Origin: Trypanosoma brucei
Lineage: Eukaryota
Assembly: GCA_000002445.1 (NCBI GenBank)
Contig: CM000208.1
Span: 832,001 to 896,000, forward strand
Direction of reading: 5' to 3'
DNA: 64,000 nt
Each line of letters starts with the position of its first letter. Positions within the stretch are counted from its first letter, which is position 1. Below, one piece after another: positions 55,329 to 64,000 of this stretch. The position numbers were made by a program, and so were the translations under genes. A model generated the notes under the pieces. It searched no databases. It had not been told where the DNA came from and was given only the letters and a program-made list of their open reading frames with translations.

Positions 55329-57182
55329 ATGGTAATGGCTTGCGGTGCATGGTATGTGATGCGCTTTAATCTATTTATGCAATTATTAGCAGTATGCCTG
55401 ATTACATGCGGTACCACAACTGCCGATACGACCGCCTTTTGCCATGAACTGGAACCATTTTTGGTGCAGACACTTCCTCAGGCATCGGCTCATTTGTTAG
55501 AAACAGCAATCGCTAAGGAAGCCGCAGGAGATAATGTTAATGTAACGTGTGCACTAACGCCGGGGAAAAGTGTTGTTGTACTTTTAGGTTCATCCAATGT
55601 ACATCGCTTCAGCCCACTTCGTAACCCACCACCTGTTATCAAACTGGATACTGCTGATGGCGAGTTCACACATGAAGTCCGTGGCACATTCATGTTTAGA
55701 TATTTTCGCTCGTGGGTGAATGGCTTCCGGGCATATTCATGGACTGATCCTGCTTCCGTTGAGCGGTTCTTCTTCAAGCGACACATTTTCCTTCGGTTTC
55801 GAGTTAGTGATTCGACAGGCAACCCAAATGCGGATATTCACTTGAGTGCTAGTGAAGTGCTCACTATGGCAGGACTTCACAGCATTCGAGTCACCTCCTT
55901 CGCACCAGTTGCTGTGGAAATTCGGTTACGGGGAGGGAAAGAGCCCAAGGAGTGCTCAGACGCAACCTGCAGTAAATACGTTGACGCATTTGCAGAGCAT
56001 AGTGATAAAAGCGCGGGATTAACTCGACTCGAAGTACTTCCGCAGCGCTTCACGTGTTCTCCCGGTTATGGCGCCAATGGGTGGGGGTCGGGAGTTTCAG
56101 GAGGCCCCATGGATGGTGAGGTTTATGCTTTTGAAGAAATTGGTCCATACCGCGGTAGTAACTTGTGGATACCTCAATGGTTGTCTGCATGGCTGGGGCG
56201 GCGGCCTATGATGACTGTTTCTGAGAAGGTTGTGCTTGATGGTATGGGACGCCGTAAATTCCTTTTCCACGCTGAGATCCCCGCGGTTAAACCCGTGTGC
56301 CTTCGTCTCTCTGCCGTTAAGAATGACAATTTGATCGTGGAGTTGGAAGAGTCTACGGTGTTCGATACGTTTTGGCTCAAAATAATGCTACTGTTTGTGT
56401 TGCTGGTATTCATTAAGCCGTGGGTGGAGGAAATACCAGCACTCCAGATATTCATCGCCGGTCTTGGTAGCGTGACACTGCTTTTTGTAGTCACAATACT
56501 TTACGTGCTGAAAAGGTTGCAGGGAATGACTATTGGAAAGGTTGGTCTTGTTGCAATGGCAACACTGGGGGGCACCGCTCTTCTCGCTGAGACATTCTTG
56601 AGTGCTGTAGTTGCCCTTTACTATGCCTTTGTTCATTACGACAATGAGGCAGAGATGATTTTTTATGGGAGCGCCATGCTCCTCGTCTTTGGTCTTACTT
56701 GCGGTTTGCTTTCGAGGCATTACTGCGCCACTTATCTTACGGAGCTTACACGGTGGACATTGCGGCTACTGCAGCTCGCCGTCCTTGCATGTGCAATCAT
56801 GCAGAACCGCGAGGCAACGTTCGCAAGTTTCGTCGCCGCTCTTCTCTTTCACCCACCTCGCATTTTACGGCTCATTCAGTGGTTCTCCTCTTCCAGTTCA
56901 TTGGTGAATAACGAAAATGAACCTCAGGAAACATTTCCCAGTGAGGCGTTGCGCGAGGTTACGTATGTAACACCTCTCTGTATGGAGGGACGTACTGGAA
57001 GGGTTTCCACTATGGATTCGAGGGAAAGATTAGATTTGTATCGTATCAGTGGAAATGAGTACACACATCGTGCTCTTGAGGACCTCGCCTGCCGTGTGAA
57101 CAGCAATCCTGACCGTTACGCTTCAAAAGTGAATGATGCTGGAGGCGTTTTGAATTGGGCCAAAGGCTACCAGTACTCATAG
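55329..57182 (+). CDS. signal-peptide-bearing membrane protein with an about 330-aa luminal domain followed by about 7 TM helices (LUSTR/GPR107/TMEM87-like architecture), about 617 aa
   Basis: ORF-track start 55320 is GTG; ATGs lie at 55329 and 55335. There is a hydrophobic signal peptide (MACGAWYVMRFNLFMQLLAVCLITCG), a Cys-containing ectodomain, then a clustered run of hydrophobic helices from about residue 350. Confidence 0.6.
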   Translation: MVMACGAWYVMRFNLFMQLLAVCLITCGTTTADTTAFCHELEPFLVQTLPQASAHLLETAIAKEAAGDNVNVTCALTPGKSVVVLLGSSNVHRFSPLRNPPPVIKLDTADGEFTHEVRGTFMFRYFRSWVNGFRAYSWTDPASVERFFFKRHIFLRFRVSDSTGNPNADIHLSASEVLTMAGLHSIRVTSFAPVAVEIRLRGGKEPKECSDATCSKYVDAFAEHSDKSAGLTRLEVLPQRFTCSPGYGANGWGSGVSGGPMDGEVYAFEEIGPYRGSNLWIPQWLSAWLGRRPMMTVSEKVVLDGMGRRKFLFHAEIPAVKPVCLRLSAVKNDNLIVELEESTVFDTFWLKIMLLFVLLVFIKPWVEEIPALQIFIAGLGSVTLLFVVTILYVLKRLQGMTIGKVGLVAMATLGGTALLAETFLSAVVALYYAFVHYDNEAEMIFYGSAMLLVFGLTCGLLSRHYCATYLTELTRWTLRLLQLAVLACAIMQNREATFASFVAALLFHPPRILRLIQWFSSSSSLVNNENEPQETFPSEALREVTYVTPLCMEGRTGRVSTMDSRERLDLYRISGNEYTHRALEDLACRVNSNPDRYASKVNDAGGVLNWAKGYQYS

Positions 57183-57374
57183 GAATGGAAGAGAGAAGTA
57201 AATGAACTTCATTTCTGTGGGCACAGGTGCGTGTACATGTGGGAGAAAGAGAAATAAGTGTTATCGTTTCTGTACATTCAGTTGTTTTGTTTTTCTTTTC
57301 AGTTCTTTGCATCACTGATGCCTGTGTATGTGTATGTGTGCGGAAAGCATCTGTAACGGCCATGGGTTTTGTGT

Positions 57375-57393
57375 GGGGGGTGGGGGGTGGGGG
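57375..57393 (+). promoter_or_regulatory. G-run cluster (G6-T-G6-T-G5) with G-quadruplex potential, intergenic
   Basis: Read directly: gggggg t gggggg t ggggg. Confidence 0.5.
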
Positions 57394-57914
57394 AAAGCGA
57401 AGCTGGTGGATATTTCTTTTTTTTTTTCCTTCCTTTTTTGCCCACTTTAGTTTTCCCTCTCGAAAATTGCTAGACGTGCTTTCTTCACATTTCCCCTTTC
57501 TCTTTGTTTTGTTTTTGTAGTACACGTGTTCTTTCCCTCTTTTACCTTGCCTTTCGCGCGCACACATTTGTGTACTTACCTGCTTTGAGTTTCTGTAGTA
57601 TTTCCAACGCGCTAGCAAGGAGGGGGAAAATGACGGACAAAAGCATTTTTTTTTTTTACTTTCTTTAAATGATATTCCTCATCATACAATGTTGAGATCA
57701 CTTGTAATGGTTGGGAAGCGAAAGGAAACCGGAGGATATGCATATGTGTCTGTGCATACCTTTCGGTTGAGGCAGTGCCAAGGGTAAAATAAAACGTTAC
57801 TTGAACGCTTGAGGTGGGGCTCCCTTTTCATTTGTTTCATTTTATATTCTGTTAAAAGGTGAATGAGATCATTAACGTAAACACATTTTCCCTAGCATGC
57901 TTTGTGATGTGATG

Positions 57915-57962
57915 TTGTGTGTGTGTGTGTGTGTGTGTTTGTTTGTTTGTTTGTTTGTTTGT
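57915..57962 (+). repeat. (TG)12 followed by (TTTG)6 compound microsatellite
   Basis: Read directly. Confidence 0.9.
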
Positions 57963-58100
57963 GTGATCCGTTGGGTTTTGGTTCAGTTTTGTATTGTCTC
58001 CTGTTATGATTCACCGCACTGGAGTTGGTCGCACCCTGTTTGTCGGGTGTGGGCATAGACGATTAAGAAACCTTGTCAAAACACCTCGAAGCAAAGGAGA

Positions 58101-58123
58101 GGAGGAGGGGGGGTGGGTGGGTG
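58101..58123 (+). promoter_or_regulatory. Canonical G-quadruplex motif GGAGGAGGGGGGGTGGGTGGGTG, 215 nt upstream of the ankyrin-gene ATG
   Basis: Read directly. It has four or more G3 runs separated by single-nucleotide loops. Confidence 0.5.
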
Positions 58124-58337
58124 AAATGTAAGCATCTAAAGTTATTGAGAGAGTGTCACTTTCCCGCAGCCACAACTCCTTCTCGTTCTATTCTCTTGTA
58201 CAAAGAAAGATACCATCAGTGTCCTCATACAGCAGTGCGGACACCGAATTGGATTAAATATACGAAACGCACCGTTCGCGTGTTATCCTTTAGAGGGGGG
58301 GAAAAGGGACAAAAGTGAGGTTAGGACCAGCAAAGAA

Positions 58338-60763
58338 ATGTTGTCACCGATTGTGGACATGAAATCCGTTGGCACGGACGATGGCTTTGATATTTACCTT
58401 CCAGGGAGTGACGCATTCTATTTTAAACGTCAGTTACACTATCAACCATACACTCCGTGTGCTTTTCCTGTGGAGTGGCTTGGGCATCAGGGTAAGATGC
58501 ACAAAACATCCGTTCATATGCGAATATCACCTTCAAACCTAGAGGAGGCTTGCGCTTCCGGTAGTTTGGGGTACGTTATCATGTTCTGGGCTCAAGGACA
58601 GAATATTAAGGGCTGCGAATCCGTAGTTGGTGGTGGCGATACACTTCTCATGACAGCGGCGTATAAGGGCCATATACATGTCGTGCGTTTTCTTGTTGAT
58701 GCGGGCGCTGATATCAACGCAACGAATAGCGCAGGGTTCAGTGCCCTGCATATGGCAGCATCAGCAATTAACTACCACATTGTGCGATTTCTCTCGACCA
58801 CGGTGCTGATCCAACAAAGAAGAACCACCAAGGGTATAGTGCGTATTGTGTTGCTGTGCAGAACGCAAGTCTTCCTCTTTTGCTCTTGTTGGCAGAACAT
58901 CGTCCCATTGATATCCATGAGAGAGATGAAATGGGCCACGCACTGCTCCATTGGGCAGCATACAACAATTCTGTTGCCATATGTCAGTACCTTGTTGAGG
59001 TGTGCAAGATGGATATAAACGTCGTCGGTAAAGATGGACGCACTGCTCTTGTGTGGGCGGCACGTGAAGGTTATGCTGACGTTGTTGAATATTTACTTTG
59101 CGCTGGAGCCGATGTAGACGTGGTCGACACGGACGGGTATACCGCACTGAATTACGCAAAGCATCGGAATCACCCGGAGGTACAATATGTACTGGAAAAT
59201 TATCCTTTAGCACAAAGGGGAGCCACCGGAATGGCAGCGGGCGACGGATTATTGGGTAATCAGTCGCTGGTTAACGGGGGTTACGTCACCGCACATAATA
59301 TGCGATGCCGCGGAACATTTTCGATGCTCTACCACGAACCGTTCTTCGCTGCCATGTCTGTTCTTGGCGCGGTGCATGTGCTTTTGGCGCACTACTCCTT
59401 GATGCTGTTACCTCCGCTTTTTAGTTATGCACCGTTTGGCATGTTTTTCTTCCGAAACACGTTATGGATGGCGGTATTTGGTTACCCCGTACAAGGCGGC
59501 AAACCGGAACTAACCATCCTCCAACAGTCAGGAATTGGTCGCTCATTTTCCGACACCATCCGCGGCACGTGGCGTTTCCGCGATCGTGATGCGGCGTCAC
59601 TCTTTGCCTTGACGACCTTTATGTTGTTGCAGCTGCGAGCGTGGGCGCTTATGGGGTTTGAACCCTTTTTGCCGTTTCTTTCCACAAGTAACTCGGTAGT
59701 AAAACTAAATGCAAGCCTGAATACCACAGATAAGGATTTACACGATGGGGGGAGTCGTGCGGTTAATTTTATGCAGCCTGTAATGTGTTTTCTCACTCTA
59801 TTCTTGCTGGTATCCGTGGTACTATGTAAGTTGCTTTCCATGCGGTCCGTGTACAAGCCCGAGTTTGGTTCGTTGGTCACTTCTCCTGTTTGGAATATCA
59901 TTAAGCACCGTGCATATAATTGGCTCCATCCAAGAATTATCTTCATGGAACGACATTTGGTACTCCCTCTTCGTGCCTTCTACTGTTATGAAAAGGACGT
60001 TGTTATGGAGCGATACGATGGCTACAGTGCGGTAATGGATTGCCCCGTTGCAGCGAGTAACCACGCTTGGTTCTTTATAGCAGTTTTTTGTTTTATGGTC
60101 CTGCAGTGGTTAATATTCATTTCTGGGTGGAGGCAGGCAAGGGTCATGCTCAAGTGTCCTCGTAGTGATTCGCTCGGGGAATATATTTCCTCATCTGCGT
60201 GGAACCTTCTCGTCCATGCCCTACCGTGTCGTGATCCCACGACCATAGATGTAACTGGAAAATCATATTTTTGGGTGTTTATGTTTCGGTACATTATTCC
60301 AACAACAACCAACCGTCTTGGTGTATGGTTGCTTCACTATAGTCTAATTGCAGCAATCATATCTACGTATTGTTTTTATCGCCAACTAGTGGCAGCGGCT
60401 ATTGGTGCGACACGCATGGAGTTGGCAAACCGAACAGCAACCAGTGGTAATGGCGGGCTTGTCTCCATATTTCCACCCTCCTTTGTTCCTTTCAAGGACA
60501 CGAATAGTGCTGCTGCCACGTGGACGCCTCCAGAGGGCCACTGTGAGGGAATGTTAACTATTGTGGACGATTTGGCTGCCGGAAACGTTGCGCACCGAAA
60601 GGTCGGGTCGCATTGCATTTACGCTGACAGCAGGTTTTCTATTCTTAACATAATCTACTTTCTGTTGGGCATTTCTGGTCGCCGCTGGAGGGGCGCGGTG
60701 GCAGTATCTTCTTTCAATTCTCCGATAAGCAGTGTATCCCTGTTGGAAGGTCCTCTTGCTTGA
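58338..60763 (+). CDS. ankyrin-repeat (5-6 repeats) multi-pass membrane protein; the reading frame is broken by an apparent 1-nt deletion at about 58793-58796 (frame 0 ORF 58338-59018 continues in frame 2 from about 58790 to 60763)
   Basis: Ankyrin consensus is present (GDTLLMTAAYKGHIHVVRFLVDAGADINATNSAGFSALHMAAS...). It continues seamlessly only if one base is inserted in tttctctcg (VRFL|LDHGADPTKKNHQGYSAYCVAVQNASLPLLLLLAEH ... HALLHWAAYNNSVAICQYLVEVCKMDINVVGKDGRTALVWAAREGYADVVEYLLCAGADVDVV). Downstream there are 6 or more TM helices. No DHHC motif is found in this frame. Confidence 0.6.
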
Positions 60764-61349
60764 TTACTTTGAAGCGGGCGGTTGCCGGGCCTTTCCCGCT
60801 GTTCCTACCTAATGTTTCACAGATGTTTGTAGTGGATCGAAAAGGTGCGATAAAGCGTTGTGTTGGAGATGGCATACCGAAAGGGGCGAGCGAAGTTGTG
60901 CGAGAGCACAAAGAGTGTGTGGGGAGAAAAAGGTGTTGTCATGCGTCGCTTTTCACGCACACTCACATACTAATTATATATATAAAATATTCGTCATCCC
61001 AACTTGATTCTTCTGCCGTTTGCCTGTTTTGTACTAAAAGGCCTGTGATATGTACCTTTTGAGAGGAGGGCAGGTGATATCACTCAAAAGGGTGATAGGG
61101 CACGATATTATACTTTTTTTTTAATGTTTTGCGCTACAGTACTTCACGTCGGTGCTGCTGTACCTTTTTAACACCTCTCGCGTGTCACCTCCGCATCTTT
61201 CTTTATTTTTCTCTTTTAACTTCCCCTTACCCCCTCTTTGCGGGTATGCAAAGCAGAGGGACAGGGAGTAAGGGACGCCATCAGGCGCAAAATCATTTGC
61301 AACGACCTCTACGAAACATAGGGATTTACCTACTCCGCGTAGTTAATCG

Positions 61350-63416
61350 ATGATCAAAGGGAGTGATCCGCTGCACCATGGCCTAAGTGAGGGGGCCGGC
61401 GGCAATAGTCGCGGCGATGAGAATGACACGGTAGTTAATAGTAATGTTGAAGTAATGTGCCTAGATATGTCGCGATCGTCGTTGCTGGCAAACAGCACGA
61501 AGCCGCCGTCATCTTCTTGCAGCGACACCCCAAGTAGTTGCAGTGACTCCAACATGAGTGGGATTGATTTTTATTGTCGACAGGTACCCATATTCTCTCA
61601 AGGAGTTGGTGTGGATTACTTTGTTAACGGTATGGGGGGATATGAAGGTCATTTGCACCAGCAACCGCAAGGAGGGGAACTGGGATTCGATCAAAGGAAT
61701 AAGCAAGGTGGAAAATCATCTTCATCACCATCAAACTTTCATCACAATGTGAATGAGGAGTGTTCAGCAACCGTAGCTACGCGTTTAGCAGGTGGGCTGA
61801 GCGATGATTGCTCGGGAAACAATACAAGACGTAGAAACTTCAACCATTCGATGTGCAATTCGCCAGAGTTGCGATCATGTGGCGACGAATACGCTGCAGA
61901 AGCTCGTCGGAATGTGCCTGGATCAAGTAGAGGTGTAATGGCGGCCGTATCGCAAACACAATCCCTTGGAAAAAGGAAAATTGCTGAAGGCAACGTTCAG
62001 GCTAACCTTCCACTTCTCCGTGTGAGTGATTGTGGCACGAAGACAGTTCATATAATCCCTCTCGGCAACACAAATGTCACAAGTCAGTTTAAGTGTTCGT
62101 GTTGTGATCATGTTTTTGAGTTATCGTTTGTTACGAATCATGCAGATAGTTCAGCAAAGGAAAAAGATCAGGAGAGAGGACGAAATACTGAGGTAGGCTT
62201 AACGTGCACATACGGTAATGGATTAGATTCTAATACTGGTGAGGCAACCGCGGTTGACAGAAGTGCTGAATTCTTGTTTCGTCAACAACCCGATCGCGAA
62301 TCAACTTCATTATCACTTCTTGGAATGAAGTTTGACAAGGGTTTCAGAGTGAGCGCTGGCTCCGTCCGTGGTAATTACGGTTCCCACCCAGTGCAAAACG
62401 AAACCAATGCATCTCAGGGAGCCGTTCGTCACTCGCTTGAAGATCGTCGACGACGGTATCAGAGTGGAAGATTTTCGCAGGGAACACCAAAGGAAATAAA
62501 AGCTAACGACTCACTTTTCCCTTCGTTACCGACATTTAGTCCAACCTCGTTTGTTCGTGCGTACGTCGGTGAGGGAAACCTGCCATGGGAAGCAACCTTG
62601 GACAACGTACCCGCCGTTACAGTTTCCTGTTGTGTCGCCGCCTTGAACCTTATCGCTGTGCAATTCCTGCGGCATCACGTTATTGATACGCGTGATCATT
62701 TTTGTCTTTTTGCCACGGGAACGTATATGATATTTGCTAGCTATTTTGTTGCCTACTACTTTCTTGGGCACTACACGGAGTCATTCCGACGCATATCCCG
62801 TGATAAACAGTTTTACATCATTGCTAACCTTATCAAGGCCGGTATTCTTGCCTCGCTTGTGCCGTTCGCAACACTGCATCTAAGTCGCATTATTTTGTTT
62901 GATGAGTGGGACACCAACACACTCCGCAATCTGGGCTGCATATACACCATACCGGATTTTGTATCTATGCTTATTGTAAAACGCATGAGTTGGTCGACGT
63001 GGACCCATCACTTATGTGTCCTGTTGTTTAACTTCTTTAGCACAATGAACGATTACACACAAGAAAACGTCTGTCGCTGCGTTGTCGTTTATGCAGCATT
63101 TTCCACGTTTGCGTACTGCGTGAATGTATTGCTTGCTTCGCGTTTTCTAGGTGTTAAACCAGGCGTTGCGCGGATACTTTCACATGTTTCAGTCGTGGCA
63201 TATTTGTTTTTCTGCGGATTGAATTGGGTTTGGCAAACATATTACATTCACCGGTTGCTGTACGGTGGCAATGGCCACTGGACCGTTTACGTGTATATCG
63301 CTCTTGTGGGACTGGTGATGTACGACGATGTAACGCTTTGCCAATGGCTGATTCACAACGCAAGGAACACAGCATTCGCGGCTGCACATCACAAAGAACA
63401 ACGACGAAGGCAATGA
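61350..63416 (+). CDS. multi-pass membrane protein (C-terminal about 300 aa with 6 or more TM helices, TLC/TRAM-LAG1-CLN8-like features including a membrane-embedded HH pair), 688 aa; N-terminal half Ser-rich and soluble
   Basis: ATG is at 61350. There are hydrophobic helices from about residue 430, with WTHHLCVLLF and conserved aromatic/basic spacing. The family assignment is tentative. Confidence 0.55.
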   Translation: MIKGSDPLHHGLSEGAGGNSRGDENDTVVNSNVEVMCLDMSRSSLLANSTKPPSSSCSDTPSSCSDSNMSGIDFYCRQVPIFSQGVGVDYFVNGMGGYEGHLHQQPQGGELGFDQRNKQGGKSSSSPSNFHHNVNEECSATVATRLAGGLSDDCSGNNTRRRNFNHSMCNSPELRSCGDEYAAEARRNVPGSSRGVMAAVSQTQSLGKRKIAEGNVQANLPLLRVSDCGTKTVHIIPLGNTNVTSQFKCSCCDHVFELSFVTNHADSSAKEKDQERGRNTEVGLTCTYGNGLDSNTGEATAVDRSAEFLFRQQPDRESTSLSLLGMKFDKGFRVSAGSVRGNYGSHPVQNETNASQGAVRHSLEDRRRRYQSGRFSQGTPKEIKANDSLFPSLPTFSPTSFVRAYVGEGNLPWEATLDNVPAVTVSCCVAALNLIAVQFLRHHVIDTRDHFCLFATGTYMIFASYFVAYYFLGHYTESFRRISRDKQFYIIANLIKAGILASLVPFATLHLSRIILFDEWDTNTLRNLGCIYTIPDFVSMLIVKRMSWSTWTHHLCVLLFNFFSTMNDYTQENVCRCVVVYAAFSTFAYCVNVLLASRFLGVKPGVARILSHVSVVAYLFFCGLNWVWQTYYIHRLLYGGNGHWTVYVYIALVGLVMYDDVTLCQWLIHNARNTAFAAAHHKEQRRRQ

Positions 63417-64000
63417 AACTTCGTACGCGAAAGGGAAGTGCAATAGTCGGGATGTTGTTTTCACCTCTTCTCATTACATGCCGACTCAAGTAACACTTGT
63501 GACAATCACCAAAGTAGTGTAAATCATTGTTTGTGTTTCACCACGTGAACTTGCAGTGTACTTCGCGCGTCGTTTGTTTGTTAAGCTATTTATCAACTCT
63601 CGTGCCTTGCACTCCTCTTCACGAGGTTTTCTTCCATATCACCTTTGGTGTTAATTGCTGTGCTTGTTTGAACCAGCCTTAATGTCCACCCTCTCCAAGT
63701 TTTGGAGGTTGTGCTGAATTGTTTTTTTTTCTGCGTTTTCACAGGATATTGTTGTTGTTATTTGTGGAAGCAAGCCACAACCTTTCGCATTTCTCCTTTT
63801 TTAAAAAAATGCGTTTTCAACAAAACAGCGTGGAACAAGAACTGTGCCCCCTCCTCTTCCACGTGCTGCGGATACAGGTAATCACATCTCAATATAAGTA
63901 AAAGAAAAAGGATACATAAAGGATCATTACCATACATCTATATAGCATTGCCAATATTATTGTTATTACTGCTATTACTATTATTGTTGCTGTTGTTCAC

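Noticed and set aside
58856-60763. Possibility that the ankyrin-TM protein is a DHHC palmitoyltransferase
   Set aside because: The domain architecture fits, but no DHHC or DHYC motif or Cys-rich CRD is present in the translated frame between the TM helices. It is reported only as an ankyrin-repeat membrane protein.

Overview
The window is a unidirectional gene array from a kinetoplastid, almost certainly Trypanosoma brucei, and probably one polycistronic transcription unit. Every credible gene is on the + strand. Gene bodies are GC-richer, and the gaps between them are long and full of polypyrimidine (CT-rich) tracts, poly-T/poly-A runs and (TA)n/(CA)n/(GT)n microsatellites. I see no prokaryotic signatures (Shine-Dalgarno sequences, operons, CRISPR arrays, IS elements), and all minus-strand ORFs are shadows of + strand genes. 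The ORF track clearly allows non-ATG starts: 4665, 41386 and 47300 begin with TTG, and 24865, 31895, 55320 and 58856 begin with GTG. I moved those gene starts to the first in-frame ATG. Recognisable genes are the 3' end of delta-1-pyrroline-5-carboxylate dehydrogenase, a CMGC-type protein kinase, a long-chain fatty acyl-CoA synthetase, RPL38, a Rubicon-homology (RH/DEF8-like) zinc-finger protein, a long coiled-coil protein, an ASKHA (Ppx/GppA-like) protein, a DDRGK1/UFBP1 (UFMylation adaptor) homologue, a second atypical kinase, an MFS-like transporter, two identical tandem copies of ribosomal stalk protein P1, a large TLDc-domain protein, a signal-peptide 7TM protein, an ankyrin-repeat membrane protein with an apparent 1-nt frameshift, and a TLC-like multipass membrane protein. 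The rest are hypotheticals. I found no self-contained novel multi-gene system, which is expected because trypanosome genes are not functionally clustered. The most interesting items are the DDRGK1 and RH-domain homologues, the frameshifted ankyrin gene, the gene-converted P1 tandem pair, a 6.6 kb gene-free AT-rich interval inside the unit, a strand-asymmetric T(n)A(n) motif recurring in the intergenic regions, and G-quadruplex/GT-rich elements upstream of the ankyrin gene.
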